DNA from: Octopus vulgaris
Lineage: Eukaryota
Assembly (NCBI GenBank): GCA_951406725.2
Contig: OX597823.1
Coordinates: forward strand, 54,436,001-54,500,000
Direction of reading: 5' to 3'
DNA: 64,000 nt
Below the pieces are notes generated by a model. The model was not told where the DNA came from, searched no databases, and saw nothing but the letters and a program-made list of their open reading frames with translations. The position numbers and the translations under genes are program-made. Below are positions 13,501 to 28,200 of this stretch, piece by piece; position 1 is the first letter of the stretch, and every line of letters starts with the position of its first letter.

Positions 13501-14956
13501 GCTTGAATTACCTTTTACATTCATGGAGAGGGTGGGAGCTGAAAGGTTAAAAACTGATTAACAAATACCTACCATCCATATAGAAACGTTTTTTAGTAGC
13601 ACTACCAAGATTTTTATAATAAGAACTGTCCCCTTTTTTGCGCTGGCACACAGCTGCATTTTTACATGTGTCACTTCCTTCATTTTCATCATCTGGGTAA
13701 AGCTTTCCGTCAAAGCTTATGTCATAGTAGAAATTCTCAGTGCCCCTTGTCTCTTCAACACGGAATGTTCTGTTGAAATAAATGACATTCAGTTAACAGT
13801 TTAACTACTTGGTAGAGGAATGAGCAGAGAAAAAAAAAGAAAAAAAAGCAAGTTATCAAATTATGGAATGGAAACAATACAAGAATATTACTACAGTGGT
13901 TAGAGCATTGGTCTCACAATCATGAGGTAGTAAGTTTGATTCTCAGACCAGGCTGAGTGTTGTGTTCTTGAAAAAGACACTTTATTTCACATTGATCCAG
14001 TTCACTCAGCTGTAGAAATGATTTGTGATAAGGCAGCAAGCTGGCAGAAATGTTAGCGCTCCGGGCGAAATGCTTAGCGGTATTTCATCTGCCGCTATGT
14101 TCTGAGGTCAAATTCCGCCGAGGTCGACTTTGCCTTTCATCCTTTCAGGGTTGATTAAATAAGTACCAGTTACACACTGGGGTCAATATAATTGACAATC
14201 TGTTTGTCTGTCCTTGTTTATCCCCTCTGTGTGTAGCCCCTTGTGGATAGTAAAGAAATAAAACCTGATTTGTGACGTTACTGGTGCCAAGCTGTATCAG
14301 CCTTTGCCTTTCCCTCAGATAACATCAGTGGCATGGAGAGGGAAGGTTGATATGCATGGGCAACAGCTGGTCTTCCATAAACAAGCTTGCCCAGGCTTGT
14401 ACCTTGGCAGGTAATTTTCTAGATGCAATCCCATGGTCATTCATGACCAAAGGGGGTCTTTTTAATTTTGTTATGTTGAATTCTTTACCCAGATTACGCT
14501 TTTCCACATGAAAAAGCTTTTCAAAGATATCATGGCATTAAATAGCTAACTGAATTTCCAAACAAACTGGACACTCAACTCATTATGTTTATTCATCTGT
14601 TACTGTTGCTGGGTTACATGTAGGCCATGTCGAGCAGACTTGTAACATAGACTACACACATATACACATGCATAAAAACCCAAGTGATTCATGAAATACA
14701 TACACCCATGTGTAATCATCAGATAACATCCATTTTCTCATGCTTGCATGGATCAGATGGAGTTCATTTGAGGTAAGTTTTCTCTGGTCAGATGCTCTTC
14801 CAGTTGCCAACTCCACCTGTTTCCAAGCAAAGTAATATTTCCCTATGGCTAAAAATGTTGACACAGAATATTGGAAATTAATGTCACTGCTTATATGATT
14901 TTGACAATCATTTTTACAGCCTTCAAGTAATGTCAAAATAAGGAGACATAAGCACA

Positions 14957-14992
<36 letters not shown>

Positions 14993-17900
14993 TAAGGTCC
15001 TGGCAGGATATATAGGTAGAGTGTTTCCAATGAAGCACTCAGCCAGAGTTCTGGGTTATTAACACTGTTGGATTCCAGACAAATACCAAAATTCTTTAGG
15101 TGTAGAAAATCCTGGTTTCATGACAGTAAAACTGTTGTGTGGGTTTAGTACTTCTTCTTCATCCCTCTCATATGCTCTCTATACTGATTATTAATCCCCT
15201 AACCATAATTTTATTTACTTTTTGTTTCCTCCTGATGAGTAAAAAAACCAAAAAAAAAAAACAATGTCAAGAAGACAATGTGAAAGTGCAAGTCTGATGA
15301 AGTGCCACTTTAATGTCTAAAACCACAAATATTGCATAAATTTTCACTTGGAATTTTTGTGCAAACTGGCATTGCAAGCAGAGTTGGAACAGAAACAATT
15401 GTAGCTGACTACAAAGGATGAGTTAAAGTATTTCTTTGTCTTATTATTTGGATTACACACACACACAGATATAAGATTCTTTTGGTTTCTGTCTACCAAA
15501 CCCACTCACAAAGCTTTGGTCAGCCCAGGGCTCTAGTAAAGACACTTGCCGAAAGTGCCTAGCAGTGAGACTAACTCAGAACCATGTGGTTGGGAAGCAA
15601 ACCACACAGCCACACCTGTGTATGAAACTATTCGAAGTTATCTTCTACTTTCTAAGAATGTTAGCCAAGATAAAATGATATCCTGTTCAACAAAATACTG
15701 GTTATCTTCGTAATGCCATAAAAGTGGAGTTAAGTACCAGTTCTTAAATATCTTCTGGCTTTTTAGGAGACATATAGCTTCCACTTTTACATGCTATAAA
15801 TCTTTGCACACAACATATTTTTAGAACATTCTAAATATAAAAGTCATCTGCCTCAGACCTGAAAATTCTACAATGACTACAACAGATTTCAATTTGAATT
15901 CTTGAATTTCTACAAATCAGTACTTGGAGTCCCAAATAGATAAAGTTGTTTGAAGGAAACCTGGGAAAAGAAATTTTTAAAAAAATACCTGTATAGCAGG
16001 AACGCACATACTTGAGGTGGCAAGAGGATTTGTACTGTTTTCAGTATTTAAAAATCCAAGATAAATTAAGGACTGAGATACCTGGCTGTACTCAATGCCC
16101 ATACCTTGCAGCAGAAGTGTTAAGACTGATCCTGCTAGGGGTGTAAGGCACTTGTGGCAGTGTCACATAAAAGTACCCATGTGGTGCCACATAAAAGCGT
16201 CCATGCGGTGCCACATAAAAGCACCCAGCACACTCTGTAAAATGGTTTGCATTAAGAAAGGCATCCACCTGTAGAAACCATGCCAAATCAGACTGAAGTC
16301 TGGTGCAGCTCCCCAGCTTGCCAGCTCTAGTCATACCATCCAACCCATGCCAGCATGGACAACGGACATTAAATAATGATGATGATGAAATTAAGTCAAA
16401 GTCACAAAACTAACTAAATGGTACTCACCTTCCTTGGGTTTGGTTGCCAAAATATATTTTTCTAGAAGATTTATAGTCAATAAGTACTCCATTAACTTCC
16501 TTCATAGCTTCCCTGAAATGAGAATTTAAAGACTACATATTAAATTTAACACTTTAACATTCAGATTACTATGTCAAATTAATAATTATTCACATTGTTT
16601 TGAGTTAAACATGTATTATCTTGAAACTTCAAGATCTCAATGATGTGACTGTATAGACTGACAAAAGTGAAATAAATAGATTTGCTGTGAAAAAGAAAAT
16701 GAGGCTAATATTTTGTGCAGGACTTTTTCATGGAGAAAGTTATCAAATGGCTCCAAACGAATAAATCAAATTTACTATTGCATCTGACTAGATCATGAAT
16801 TTAGGTATGACATCTCCATTATAATAAGGTTATGTCAGTTGATTTTACTAAGAACCAAAGGAAAGAATGGAAGCCACTTACCGATCCTCTTTGCAGGCCA
16901 AATATGTAGCCCAGTTAAATTCATATGTACATGTTTCCAAATTCTTTTTACTATAAAAGAAATAGAGGCCAATATGGTTCAACTTTGTAGCAAGATAATT
17001 GTATGGCAATACTAGATTACTTAAACAGAGTTTTCAATAATAAAAATAACTGGTACTAATTACTAGTGTTTTAACAACTAAGTCCAGAGCAAAAAATCAA
17101 AGTACATTCTATAGAATCAAATTCATTTAGTTTCAAATGTACCTACTGATGAAAATATACACCACACTGTTCTGTTCAGTTTTGTGAGATTTTTAATGAT
17201 GTACTCATTCACTTTGTAACCAAAGTGCATTTGATTCTTGTAGTACAGTACTGGAACTCTTATCCAGCTTCAAGAAATCTGGAACTTTCAAAAATGCAGG
17301 AATATTGTGCAAAACCATGCACTACACTGTACCTTATCTTGAGTAAATAGACCCTGTTTTTTGAAGTTGGTTAACTTGCAGACGGCATGTTAAAATGAGA
17401 TGGCAATGACTCTTGAAACTAGTTGACGGTTATCTTCTGTGTAAGTCGGATATTTTTATATGTAAACATATGTACATTTTTTTGTATTAAATGTATTTAA
17501 TATTTCTTGCCTAACATTATTATCCTTACATTTACGTTATATATATATATACAAACATACATACACACACATATATATATATGTGCACACACATACGCAT
17601 ACATGCATCTTTGTGTGTCATTGTGTTGTATTTTTCCCCCATCACCATTGTTTGATAACCAGAATTGGTTTCTTTATGTTCCAGTAAATTAGCAGTTCAG
17701 TAAAATAACTGATACAATGAGTACTAGATTTAAAAGTATGTAGATGGGTCAATTTGTCCAACTAAACCCCCAAGGTAGTGCTCCAGATAGCCACATTCTG
17801 ATGGCTGAAACATGTACAAGATAAAACTATACCAGCTGGGTGTAAAACTGGCCCAAGCACATTACATGTTTAAATTGTGCATGTGTGGAGAATACACTAG

Positions 17901-19218
17901 GATGCTTGCAAACAGGTGTACAATCTGTTGAAAATAACAGTCAAATTTATTCAAATCCTATCCTACCATTTTATAAAAACATGGACACACTGGTCAATGC
18001 AGATATACAAATAAATGAGATATATGCTTATTAAATGAACACATTTAACTATTCACAAACACAGTGTGTGTGGAGATACATTTAAGAGAGAAAAGAAAAA
18101 CAAAACAATAATCTGAAAAATAAAAATAAACAATGGAAAGAAGCAAATAAACAAATGCATAATATTTATAATCTTTACCTGAACACGGGCCTGCCCATGG
18201 TTCTAGAACAAGAAAACCTAATGATGGTCGTTGCCCTTTTATTGCTGCAGACAGGAGTATCACTGGAATACTGGAGGATTATCACTGGGTTATTTACTGG
18301 ACTGTTCCCTAAGCATTTACAAAACAGAGTAACAACAACATAGATTAAAACAGTTTATATAAGTTGGTCATACGTACGATCTACATAACTTGCACACGGA
18401 TGTTGTGTGTAAAACCTGTGCATGCTCATCTGAATGCAAAACCTGTGTATGCACATTGGGTGCAGGTGTAACTGTGTGCGTAAAAAGCTGGCTTCCTAAC
18501 CATGTGATCTCAGGTTTGGTCCAAATGTGCAGCATTTTGGGCAAACACCTACTATAGCCCCAGGTCCACCAAAACCTTGTGAGTGGATTTGGTAGATGGA
18601 AACTGGAAAAAGTGTGTGTGTGTGCGTGTGCGTGCGTGTGTGTGTGTTAAACAGCGTGACTTACACAGGATAGAAATACCAGAATAAAAATTTTATGAAT
18701 CCAACAACTGTTTCTGGAGGCTTGGTGGTCCAAAATAATGATTGTAAATTGATTCCATCATCAGATAACACCAGCCTATATTTTCAGGGAAGAATTTTTA
18801 CATTTGAGGTGTTGACATAAAGGGGATTAAAGATGGAATGATTTTGTGGAGAGCTAAGTGTTTAATTCCTGATATCATTTCTATTCTGTGTAAGTTGGAT
18901 TTTTTATATGTAAAGATATGTACATTTTTTTTGTATTAAATGTATTTAATATTTCTTGCCTAACATTATTATCCTTACATTTACTTTATCATCATCGTTT
19001 AGCGTCCGCTTTTCATGCTAGCATGGGTTGGATGGTTCAACTGGGGTCTGGGAAGCCAGAAGGCTGCACCAGGCCCAGTCTGATCTGGAAATGTTTCTAT
19101 GGCTGGATGCCCTTCCTAATGCCAACCATTCCATGAGTGTAGTGGGTACTTTTTTACGTGCCAGACGAGGCTGGCAAACGGCCACTATTGGATGGTGTTT
19201 TTTAAATGCCACCGGCAT

Positions 19219-19258
<40 letters not shown>

Positions 19259-22171
19259 CATACATACACACACATACATACATGCATCTATGTGTGTCAT
19301 TGTGTTGTATTTTTCCCCCATCACCATTGTTTGATAACCAGAATTGGTTTCTTTATGTTCCAGTAAATTAGCAGTTCAGTAAAATAACTGATACATAGAG
19401 TACTAGATTTAAAAGTATGAAGATGGGTCAATTTGTCCAACTAAACCTCCAAGGTAGTGCTCCAGATAGCCACATTCTGATAGCTGAAACATGTACAAGA
19501 TAAAACTATACCAGCTGGGTGTAAAACTGGCCCAAGCGCATTACATGTTTAAATTGTGCATGTGTGGAGAATACACTAGGATGCTTGCAAACAGGTGTAC
19601 AATCTGTTGAGAATAACAGTCAAGTTTATTCAAATCCTATCCTACCATTTTATAAAAACATGGACACACTGGTCAATGTAGTTTTAGATATACAAATAAA
19701 TGAGATGGTCTTAGAAGGGATGTTTTTGATTTTAAGTTTTTAATCAGGGTCAACTTAGTATTAACAACTTTTCTCTTTGTGGTTATAAAACAATCATGAT
19801 ATTACTTTACATTAAAAGCAGTTAGGGTAGTTGTTCTTTATGTTGTTTGCAATAATTAATGCAGTGTTATTTATAATATTATTTGCTATTTGACTAGAGA
19901 TTTTAAATATATTATTTAGCTATTTACCCATAAATAAATAGCATATTAAATAAATAGCATATTATTATTATAACATGTATTTTTCAATAATATGAAAGAA
20001 TGGAAGGGATATTTCTTATTTCGCCATGATTTTTTGAAAATATTTTCCAAAAATATTTTCTTAAATATTGTTCCCAGTATTTTAAAAAAAGTAATGAGCT
20101 AAGATATATTTAGTTTAAAATACTTAATAATATACAAATATATCTTATGACCATAATTAATTTATTTTTCATATTTTATTTTTTATTCTTTATCTTTGTT
20201 TTCATTTTTAATTATTGATGTTCATGATTGAAAACATAAAAATATTTAAATTCAGTCTTTCCTTGGATCCGTGAATCCTCAATCAAAAATTAAATTGAAG
20301 AGATTCTTATCCACAAAGAATGGATTTTTATAATTTTATTATGGGTAAGAACTGAAACAATTGTACGTAATTTGTATTTAATATTTATTATATTATTATA
20401 ATAATATAATATAATATTATGTTAATAAATTTTAATTTTTAAATTGACAATTGTATATCTTCATTTTCTATTCATATCCATGTGAATTCTAAAAATTTTC
20501 TCTACAAAATTGGGTATTAAACAATGGAGCCAGTGAAAGATTGGATGTTTTCATCCCTATTTTCCTTGTACTGGATTTAACTTTTGTCTGTTTGCATGCA
20601 TGCATGCATGCATGTATGTGTGTATGTGTGTGTGTGTATGTATGTATGCATTTTTTCACGACCATATGGCTCCAGGTTCAGTCCCACTGTGCATGGCACC
20701 TTGGGCTAGTGTCTTCCACTATAGCTTCAGGCTGACTTAAGCCACGGGAGTGGATTTGGTAGATGGAAAGTGAGTGAAACCTGTCATATATATATCTGGA
20801 TAGGACAAGTAAAAGACAGAAGAAATGTTAAAGAACTTGATACTATTCTTTGGCACTTGCGACATGCCTTCAAGTGAATATTATGAATTATGAATAAATT
20901 TTAAGAAAAACAAAACATAAGTACAAAATGTCTCTCATGACTGCTTAATACCAACGAAACTTAGTATAAGCTTCTGTATGACATTTCTTTCTTTTTATTT
21001 TTTCTATTTTTAAAATTTAATTCATCGCTTAGTTTAACACGATCACACAACCATTTAGACTTGCCACATTAACCCTTTTGACAGCCTGCCTGAGACTGAC
21101 CCTGTTTCTATGATAGAATTTTGTTTTCCTTCAGAATTTCATGTTAAAGCTGTTAAACTCCAGCTTTATAATGACAAAATTATTTTGATAAGCTCATTAT
21201 TATTTCCAAAATTAGTTGAAGCAAAATCAGTATATTTCAACAAAAATATGATAATGAATAAGTGTTTGGACCAAGTCTCTGATTTGTGGAAAACCAAAGA
21301 TTTATGATTACTTTCTTCCTCCTATTCTCCCACTGCCAGCCACAGAGATTTTGTAGAAGGTCACAGGCACTGCCCTTCTTTTCTTATTGAACCATAAAGA
21401 CAAATCAAAATTAAAATATGAAAAAAAATAGAAAGAAAGAATAAGAAGAAATCTTATTTCCTAAAGGCTTCAGAGACTGAAAATAGAATGCATATAATAT
21501 GCTTATTTATCTAAACTGTTTGAATTAATCATGTATTATCTTGTAGCTTTGAAATTTTAGTGATAGAATTATTTACTTTTTACAATGACATTGTAGGGTA
21601 TGTGTGAGAGGCTGCATCTGGCCAGTTCGAATATAAAATGGATAGAATATTTGAGTTGGACATGGCCAGCTGAAATACTAAAGAGTTAATTTTTTGACAA
21701 GAAAATCTGTTGAATGAATCCAAACCTAGTTGTAGTTTTAGTCTTACCACTAAAGCATTTCATTTAAACAAGAGTATACCTACTATCGACATATAAGACA
21801 ACTCGTGAAGCAGATCCAATTGTCATCACTTCATTTTTACTTTCGACACAAACAGCTGCACCACTACCAGAACAATTTTGAGACTTTGGTCGAGTGTACA
21901 GACTTTGGCAGACATTGATCCAATAACTGAAAAGGAATAAATAAATAAATAACAGAGGAAAACATACCAACTTCAAGGAATTTGTTTTGTGTTTTATTCT
22001 TGTCTATAAATGCTGGCATGGCTATGTGGGCAAGAAGTTTGTCTTTCAGTCACATGGTTTCAGGTTCAATCTCATTGTATGGGACCTTGGGCAAGTGTGT
22101 TCTACATATATAGCTGTAGACTGACCAAAGCCTTGTGAGTAGATTTGGTAGGTGGAAACTAAAACATGTCC

Positions 22172-22208
<37 letters not shown>

Positions 22209-25200
22209 GTGTGTAGATGTATGCATATCTGTGTGTGTCAGTACCATAACAAGTGTCATCCATTTCGAATAATCTTATGAGGAAACAGATTAGGAATGGC
22301 AACAAGGGCATCCAGTCATTAAAAATCTGCTCCAATAAACATTATCTGACCTATGCAAGCATGGAAAAGTGGACATTAAAATGGTAATGGTCATCATAGT
22401 TTAATGTCCACTTTGGGTTGGATGGTTTGACAGGAGCAACCCATGTCAGCATGGAAGGTGGACATTAAATAATGATGATGATGATGGTGATCATTGTTTG
22501 TCTGTGTCAGATTTGTCATTGTTGTTTAACTCTGAGTATGATAAAAGGAATTTCACCAATGGCCATCTGATCTTTTTCTATAAATAGGACTGCCTTGACC
22601 AATGTGTTTCTAATTTATGACAGGAAGTTGTGATTTGAGGGAGATTAGGCTGCTCTTTCTAGCAGGTCAATTGATTAAGAAGTTTTGTTGTTTCATTGTA
22701 GTTTTTTGGGTTTTTTTTTTTGTGTTGCCATTTTATATTCATTTTTTTCTTTCCAAAGAATAAGAAGTTTTACAATTCTTGATAGTCCCCCCTATTGTCC
22801 TCTCTCCACTGCCTACCTACCTGAGTTGCTTTTATGGAATTCCCTTTTCCCCTACTTCTATGGTAACCCCTCTTTCTCTCACTGTATACACTGGGCTCTC
22901 TTACACTCTGCCTCATTTTCTCTTCCAGCCCTCTTGCCAAAGTTCCCTAAATACCTCCTTTCATCTTTCCCCTCCCCTCTAGCCCACCCCCATAAATTCA
23001 AACCTCTCTTTTATTCAATGACTCCCTAAGGATTCCCTAAAACTAGAGTGTTGGGGAATCCCTTTCTGTTCCTTTCCCTTCCTCATAGCCTTAGATCCTA
23101 CTTTTACAACCCAGCCTATCACCTTTCCATTGTCCTCCTTTTTTCTCAAAAGTCCTGACACTAATTCCTTCCACCACCAGCCATCATACTCCTTTCCACC
23201 AATTAGGGCCTACTACTGTTATTCTTCCCAACACCACCCTATCACAACCATAAATCTGTTCCTTTGATCTTACTTACCCTGTCTTATCATCCTGTCTAGA
23301 ATCATCACATCCTCTCCTATTTTCCTTCAGTTACAAGGGCCACTCAAGGAATTCAGTCTTTCAAGTTACAAAGCAATCTTCACCAGTGCTGGTGTTATGA
23401 AAAATGCACCCAGTGCACTCTATAGAGTGGTTGGCATTAAGAAGGGCATCCAACTGTAGAAATCATGCTTAAGCAGACATTGGAGCAGGGCACTGTCCTC
23501 TGACTTATTAGTTCCTGTAGAACCGTCCAACTCATGCCAACATGGTATGAGTTGGACAGTTCATTATGTGTTTGCCATTGTTGACCATTCTATCTTTTTT
23601 GATAGGGGTGTGGGGACATTTAGCAAAGACTGTATTCAAGTGTTTACTTGTGCATGATAAGGGATAGTTTTAGGGAAAAGTGTCTGCTATTTCTTGCAGA
23701 TCAAATGACCACAGAGAGACTCTTAGTTCACAGCTCAGCACCAGTGATATCACAACTCATTTCTACAGATCAGTGAACTGGAGCAACATGAAATAAAGTG
23801 TCTTGTTCAAGAATACAACACACAGCCTGGTACAGGAGTTGAACTCTCTACCTCAAGATTGTGAGCCTGACACTAACCACTTAGCCATGCACCATCACAT
23901 ATACACGTCTATTGGGTCATACCATAAATAATGCAGCCTTTTCAATTGCATAAACTAAAGGTAAGAGGGGGACAGGATAAACTACCTGCATAAACTTGCT
24001 ATAAAAGCAGGTAGTAATTTTACCTTGACCTTATTCTTAGTGCAAGTTTTGAAGAGTGCAGTTTTAACAGTTAATTTTTCAAAGCTATAATGGAAGCAAC
24101 AAAGGAGTATATTCGGCACATTTTGTTTTATGAGTTCAATAAAGGCAGCAATGCAATGGAACGTGTGAGGAATATTAATGCAGTATATGGAGAGTGGACA
24201 ATAAGCATAAGCCAATATTAATGGTATTTCCAGAAATTCCAAGCCAGAAACTACAACCTTGAAGATGAGCCTCATTCTGGAAGCTCTGTAGAGCTTGACA
24301 GGAATGTCCTGCAAACCCTTGTGGAGCAAAATCCCATTGTAACTGTTGATGAACTAGCAGAAGAGCTTGGATTTTGTCATTCAACCATTCAACATCTGCA
24401 TGTCATTGGAAAAGTCAACAAATTGGGTCAATGGTTTCCCCACAAACTTTCCAAGTCTAACCATGTGCAGAGAGTGAATGTGTGCTCTTCTTTGCTATCA
24501 TGTTGCACAAATGAACCTTTTTTTAACTAAATAGTGATTGATGATGAGAAATGGATTCTCTATAAAAATGTCAAGTGCTGAAGACAATGGGTAGGGAAAG
24601 CACCCCAGACTAAAGAAGGTAAGGTGTTGTTATCTGTTTGGTGGGATATGAAAGGTTTGGTTCACTTTGAACTTTTAAACCCAAACCAAACAATAACAAA
24701 GGCAATCTACTATGAGCAGCTTGAGTAGCTGAAGTCAGAGCTAGAAAAAAGAAGGACCATCTTTGGTTTCAAGATGAAAGGTGTTCTTCCATCAGGATAA
24801 TGCTCAACCACACACAGCGAGGATGACATTCTAAAGGCTGGAGCTGTTTGAATGGGAAACAATGCCCCACCCACCATATTCGCTGGACACTGCTCCATCT
24901 GATTATTCATTTATTCTGCCGTCTTCAAAATCATTTGGACAGAAAAAATATGAATTCTACAGACAAGGTCAGAACAGTATTGGAGGATGATCTGTCATCA
25001 TGGACAAGTTAATTTTGAAGGAGGGGTCTTGCAAGTCTACCAGATAGATAGAAGAGCATTGTAGAAAATAGAGAATATATTTTAGATTAAAAAAAGAACT
25101 TTGTATATCTTTATTTTGAAAAATAAAAGAAGTATAGAAAAATCACATTATTTGTGGGATGACTCAATATACATATATCCTCATCATCATTTAACATTCA

Positions 25201-28200
25201 TTTTCCATGCTGGTATGAGTTGGACGGTTTGACAGGAGCTGGTGAACCAGAGGATTGTGCCAAAGTCAAATGTCTACTTTGGCATGGTTTCTATAGCTAG
25301 ATGCCCTGCCTAATGCCAAACACTCCAGAGAGTGTACAGAGAATTATTTATGTGGTTTTAGCACAAGTGAAATCAACAAGTAATTCACAAAAAATACCCC
25401 TCAACTAACAGGAGTGGCTTTATACCAGATGATGAGAGCTTAAAGTATGATAGAGGAATAGGAACAGGTCTCTTACTGTAAAGGAGATACACAGTTACCC
25501 CTGTTGGAAAAGAAAGACGTTGGCGATGTGTTAGGGCATACCTTTGAGTTACATGAAACAAAAAGTGCAGCGGATTGGACTGAATGGGTGGGTAGGTAAG
25601 TTCATGAGTGTATGAAAGGAGAGTGGCAGATGAGAGTAGACGTGAATGCAGTAGATGATGAATACAGATGGAGGTGCAGTTAATCATGAATATACATGTG
25701 CATTTATGTGTGTGCCTGTACGTATACACAAATAATTTATCTCAATGTTATAGTACTGCCCCTGCTAACATAATGAAATTCCTCTCCACTTCATTCCAAA
25801 GTTAAATGATACAAACAAATTTCTAGTCTAAGTCATACATGCCAAAAGTGAATGAATAAGGTGGAGGTACTCACGTCTCACCAGTAACTGTCATTGCTTT
25901 CCAAGATTGTGTATTAGCCAGACTGCTGAGATCATAACTGCTATTCAAATAGGACAAGAAACAGTCTTTGACAGCAGGAGGACATGCAAATTTGGTTTTC
26001 CAGATGAATACCAACTGACATGACGTTTTCTGAAACAGAAACATAACAACATATCTTTATCGTCTACATTTCAACTATGTCCATGGTAACTTTATAACAT
26101 CAATCATATTCTACTTCATTATGGTCACAACATAACATTGACCTTAATTTATATTGTGATGTTATCATAACACAACAGTCTTATCTACATTCTCATATTA
26201 TAACATCAACCATATCAATATATTGATGATAGCATTATAAGATTGGCATTATCTACATGATGAATATGATAACATTGTAATAGCTTTGGGGTTCTTATTC
26301 TAGGCTTTAAACGATTTTCAAGCAATAGTGCTACAGCAGTGTAAGGTGTTAGTCAGGCTTCCTAAGAGACTGGTCACACAATACAGGTAGTGATCATCAT
26401 CATCATTTAACGTCCACCTTCTATTCTGACATGGGTTGGACACTTTGACAGGAGCTGGCCAGGCAGGAGCCTGCACCAGGACTTCTGTGTCTGTTTTGGC
26501 ATGGTTTCTCGGCTGAATGCCCTACCAAACACCAACCACTTTACAGTGTGGACTGGATGCTTGTTACGTGGCATCAAGTTTGTATATGCTTATTTGTGAT
26601 ACTTACTGAAAATGAAAAGCAAGGAGTCCCAAAGAGTTACATACTTTGCTGAGTGTCAAAGGTGTTGACTTACCTCAAATAGCACAGGTTTCCCAAGACC
26701 AGCAGTGTTGTTACATAAGAAGAGAATCTTTGTACTGGCACGTGTTCCCGCTAAAAATAAAGAGAAAAAACATTAAATAAGTTTAATTTTTGTATTTGGT
26801 TTGAAAGATTCTTGATATAAATTCATGTTTTGAAAGAAATTTTCTTGTCTAGTGAGGGTCTATTATGCAAATAAAAATTGAAATAGACACTCAGTGGTTC
26901 AGTACCTATGGTATTAACCCTTCAGTATTCAAATCAGCCACATCCAGCCCAAATATTCTACCTGTTTTATGCTAAAACCAGCCAGGTTTGGCCTCTCACA
27001 TCTACCCTACAAATGTCATTCTAAAAATAAACAATTACATCAGTAAAATCTTGAAGCTAAGAGATAATGCATGGCTAATTTAAAACAAAGTGAATAAATA
27101 AGCATTACATTTGACAGAGTAATCTGAATGCTAAAGGGTCAAACCAGTGCATGTGTCTATTTTAACTTTTATTGGTATAATGGATCCTTCCCGTGTCTGC
27201 TTATATCGACACATGTTTATGGATGCACACACTATTTTCTTTTCTCTTGAGCTAATAACAAAGGAGCTTCTATATGGTTGTCTCAACCTACTAGAAAAGG
27301 CAGTGAAATTTCCCTCAAATCATATTTCATCAACATTTAATGTCTGCCTTCCATACTGGTGGGAGCTGGATAGCTTGATAAGAACTGGCCAGATAGAAAA
27401 CTGCACCAGACATCTGTGTCTGTTTTGGCATAGCTTTTACAGATAGATGTTTTTCCTAACACCAACTACCCACAGAATGGACCGACCGAGTGCTTTTTAC
27501 ATGACACCAGCATAGGTGAGGTCAGTTTTGGCATGGTTTTTAGAGCTGGATGCCCTTCCAAATACCAAATGCCATCTCAAAAAATAAATGAAGTACATAT
27601 TAAATAATGTAGTTCTTCATATACAAGATATGATGGTTACATATTAGAAAACTTTTGATCATAGTTTGCTCAGTCAGATCTGACCTGGGACACACAATAA
27701 CATCCTTTTTCTTGACTTTCTCCCAGATGCTCCTACTCGCTCTTATATAAGTAGCCATATATCTTCTCTATAGCAAGACACCTTTGCCTGTCTCTGGTAT
27801 AAAGCTACCTATCTGCCTTCTCAAATACTACCCAGCACCCCACTCCCTTCAAGACAGCCTTTAACCTTTTTCTGTTCTTTCCCATCTTACAACTTACTTG
27901 GAAACTTCACTAGTGCTGGTGGCATGAAAAAAACACCCATCCCGTACACACTGTAAAGTAGTTGGCATTAGAAAGGGTATCCAACTGTAGAAAATGTACC
28001 AAGGCTGACATGGAGCATGATGCTGCCCTGCAGCTGACTGGATCCTATAAAACCATCCAACCTATGCCAACATAGAAAAAAGATATTAGATAAATATTGA
28101 TGATTGCATCAATTAATGCTTATTTTACCAACTTTTGAAGGATGGAGAACTTTGGTGAGATTTCAACTCAAAACATAAAACCAAATCTTAACAGGTGTTT

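Larger units (their letters stand above)
17435..19706 (+). repeat. Local direct duplication (~590 bp) flanking an exon
   Basis: 17435-18021 is nearly identical to 18884-19706; the second copy has an extra RTE tail at about 18987-19220. Confidence 0.9.

Noticed and set aside
18301-21784. Alternative donor (exon end 21780) with alternative acceptor (exon start 18301), also in frame
   Set aside because: The GTATAC donor is weaker than GTAGGT and both shifts would have to co-occur; unsupported without RNA data.
22760-23330. C/T-rich tract with ORFs (also 61020-61340)
   Set aside because: Low-complexity sequence with no domain, splice-phase fit or clear repeat unit.
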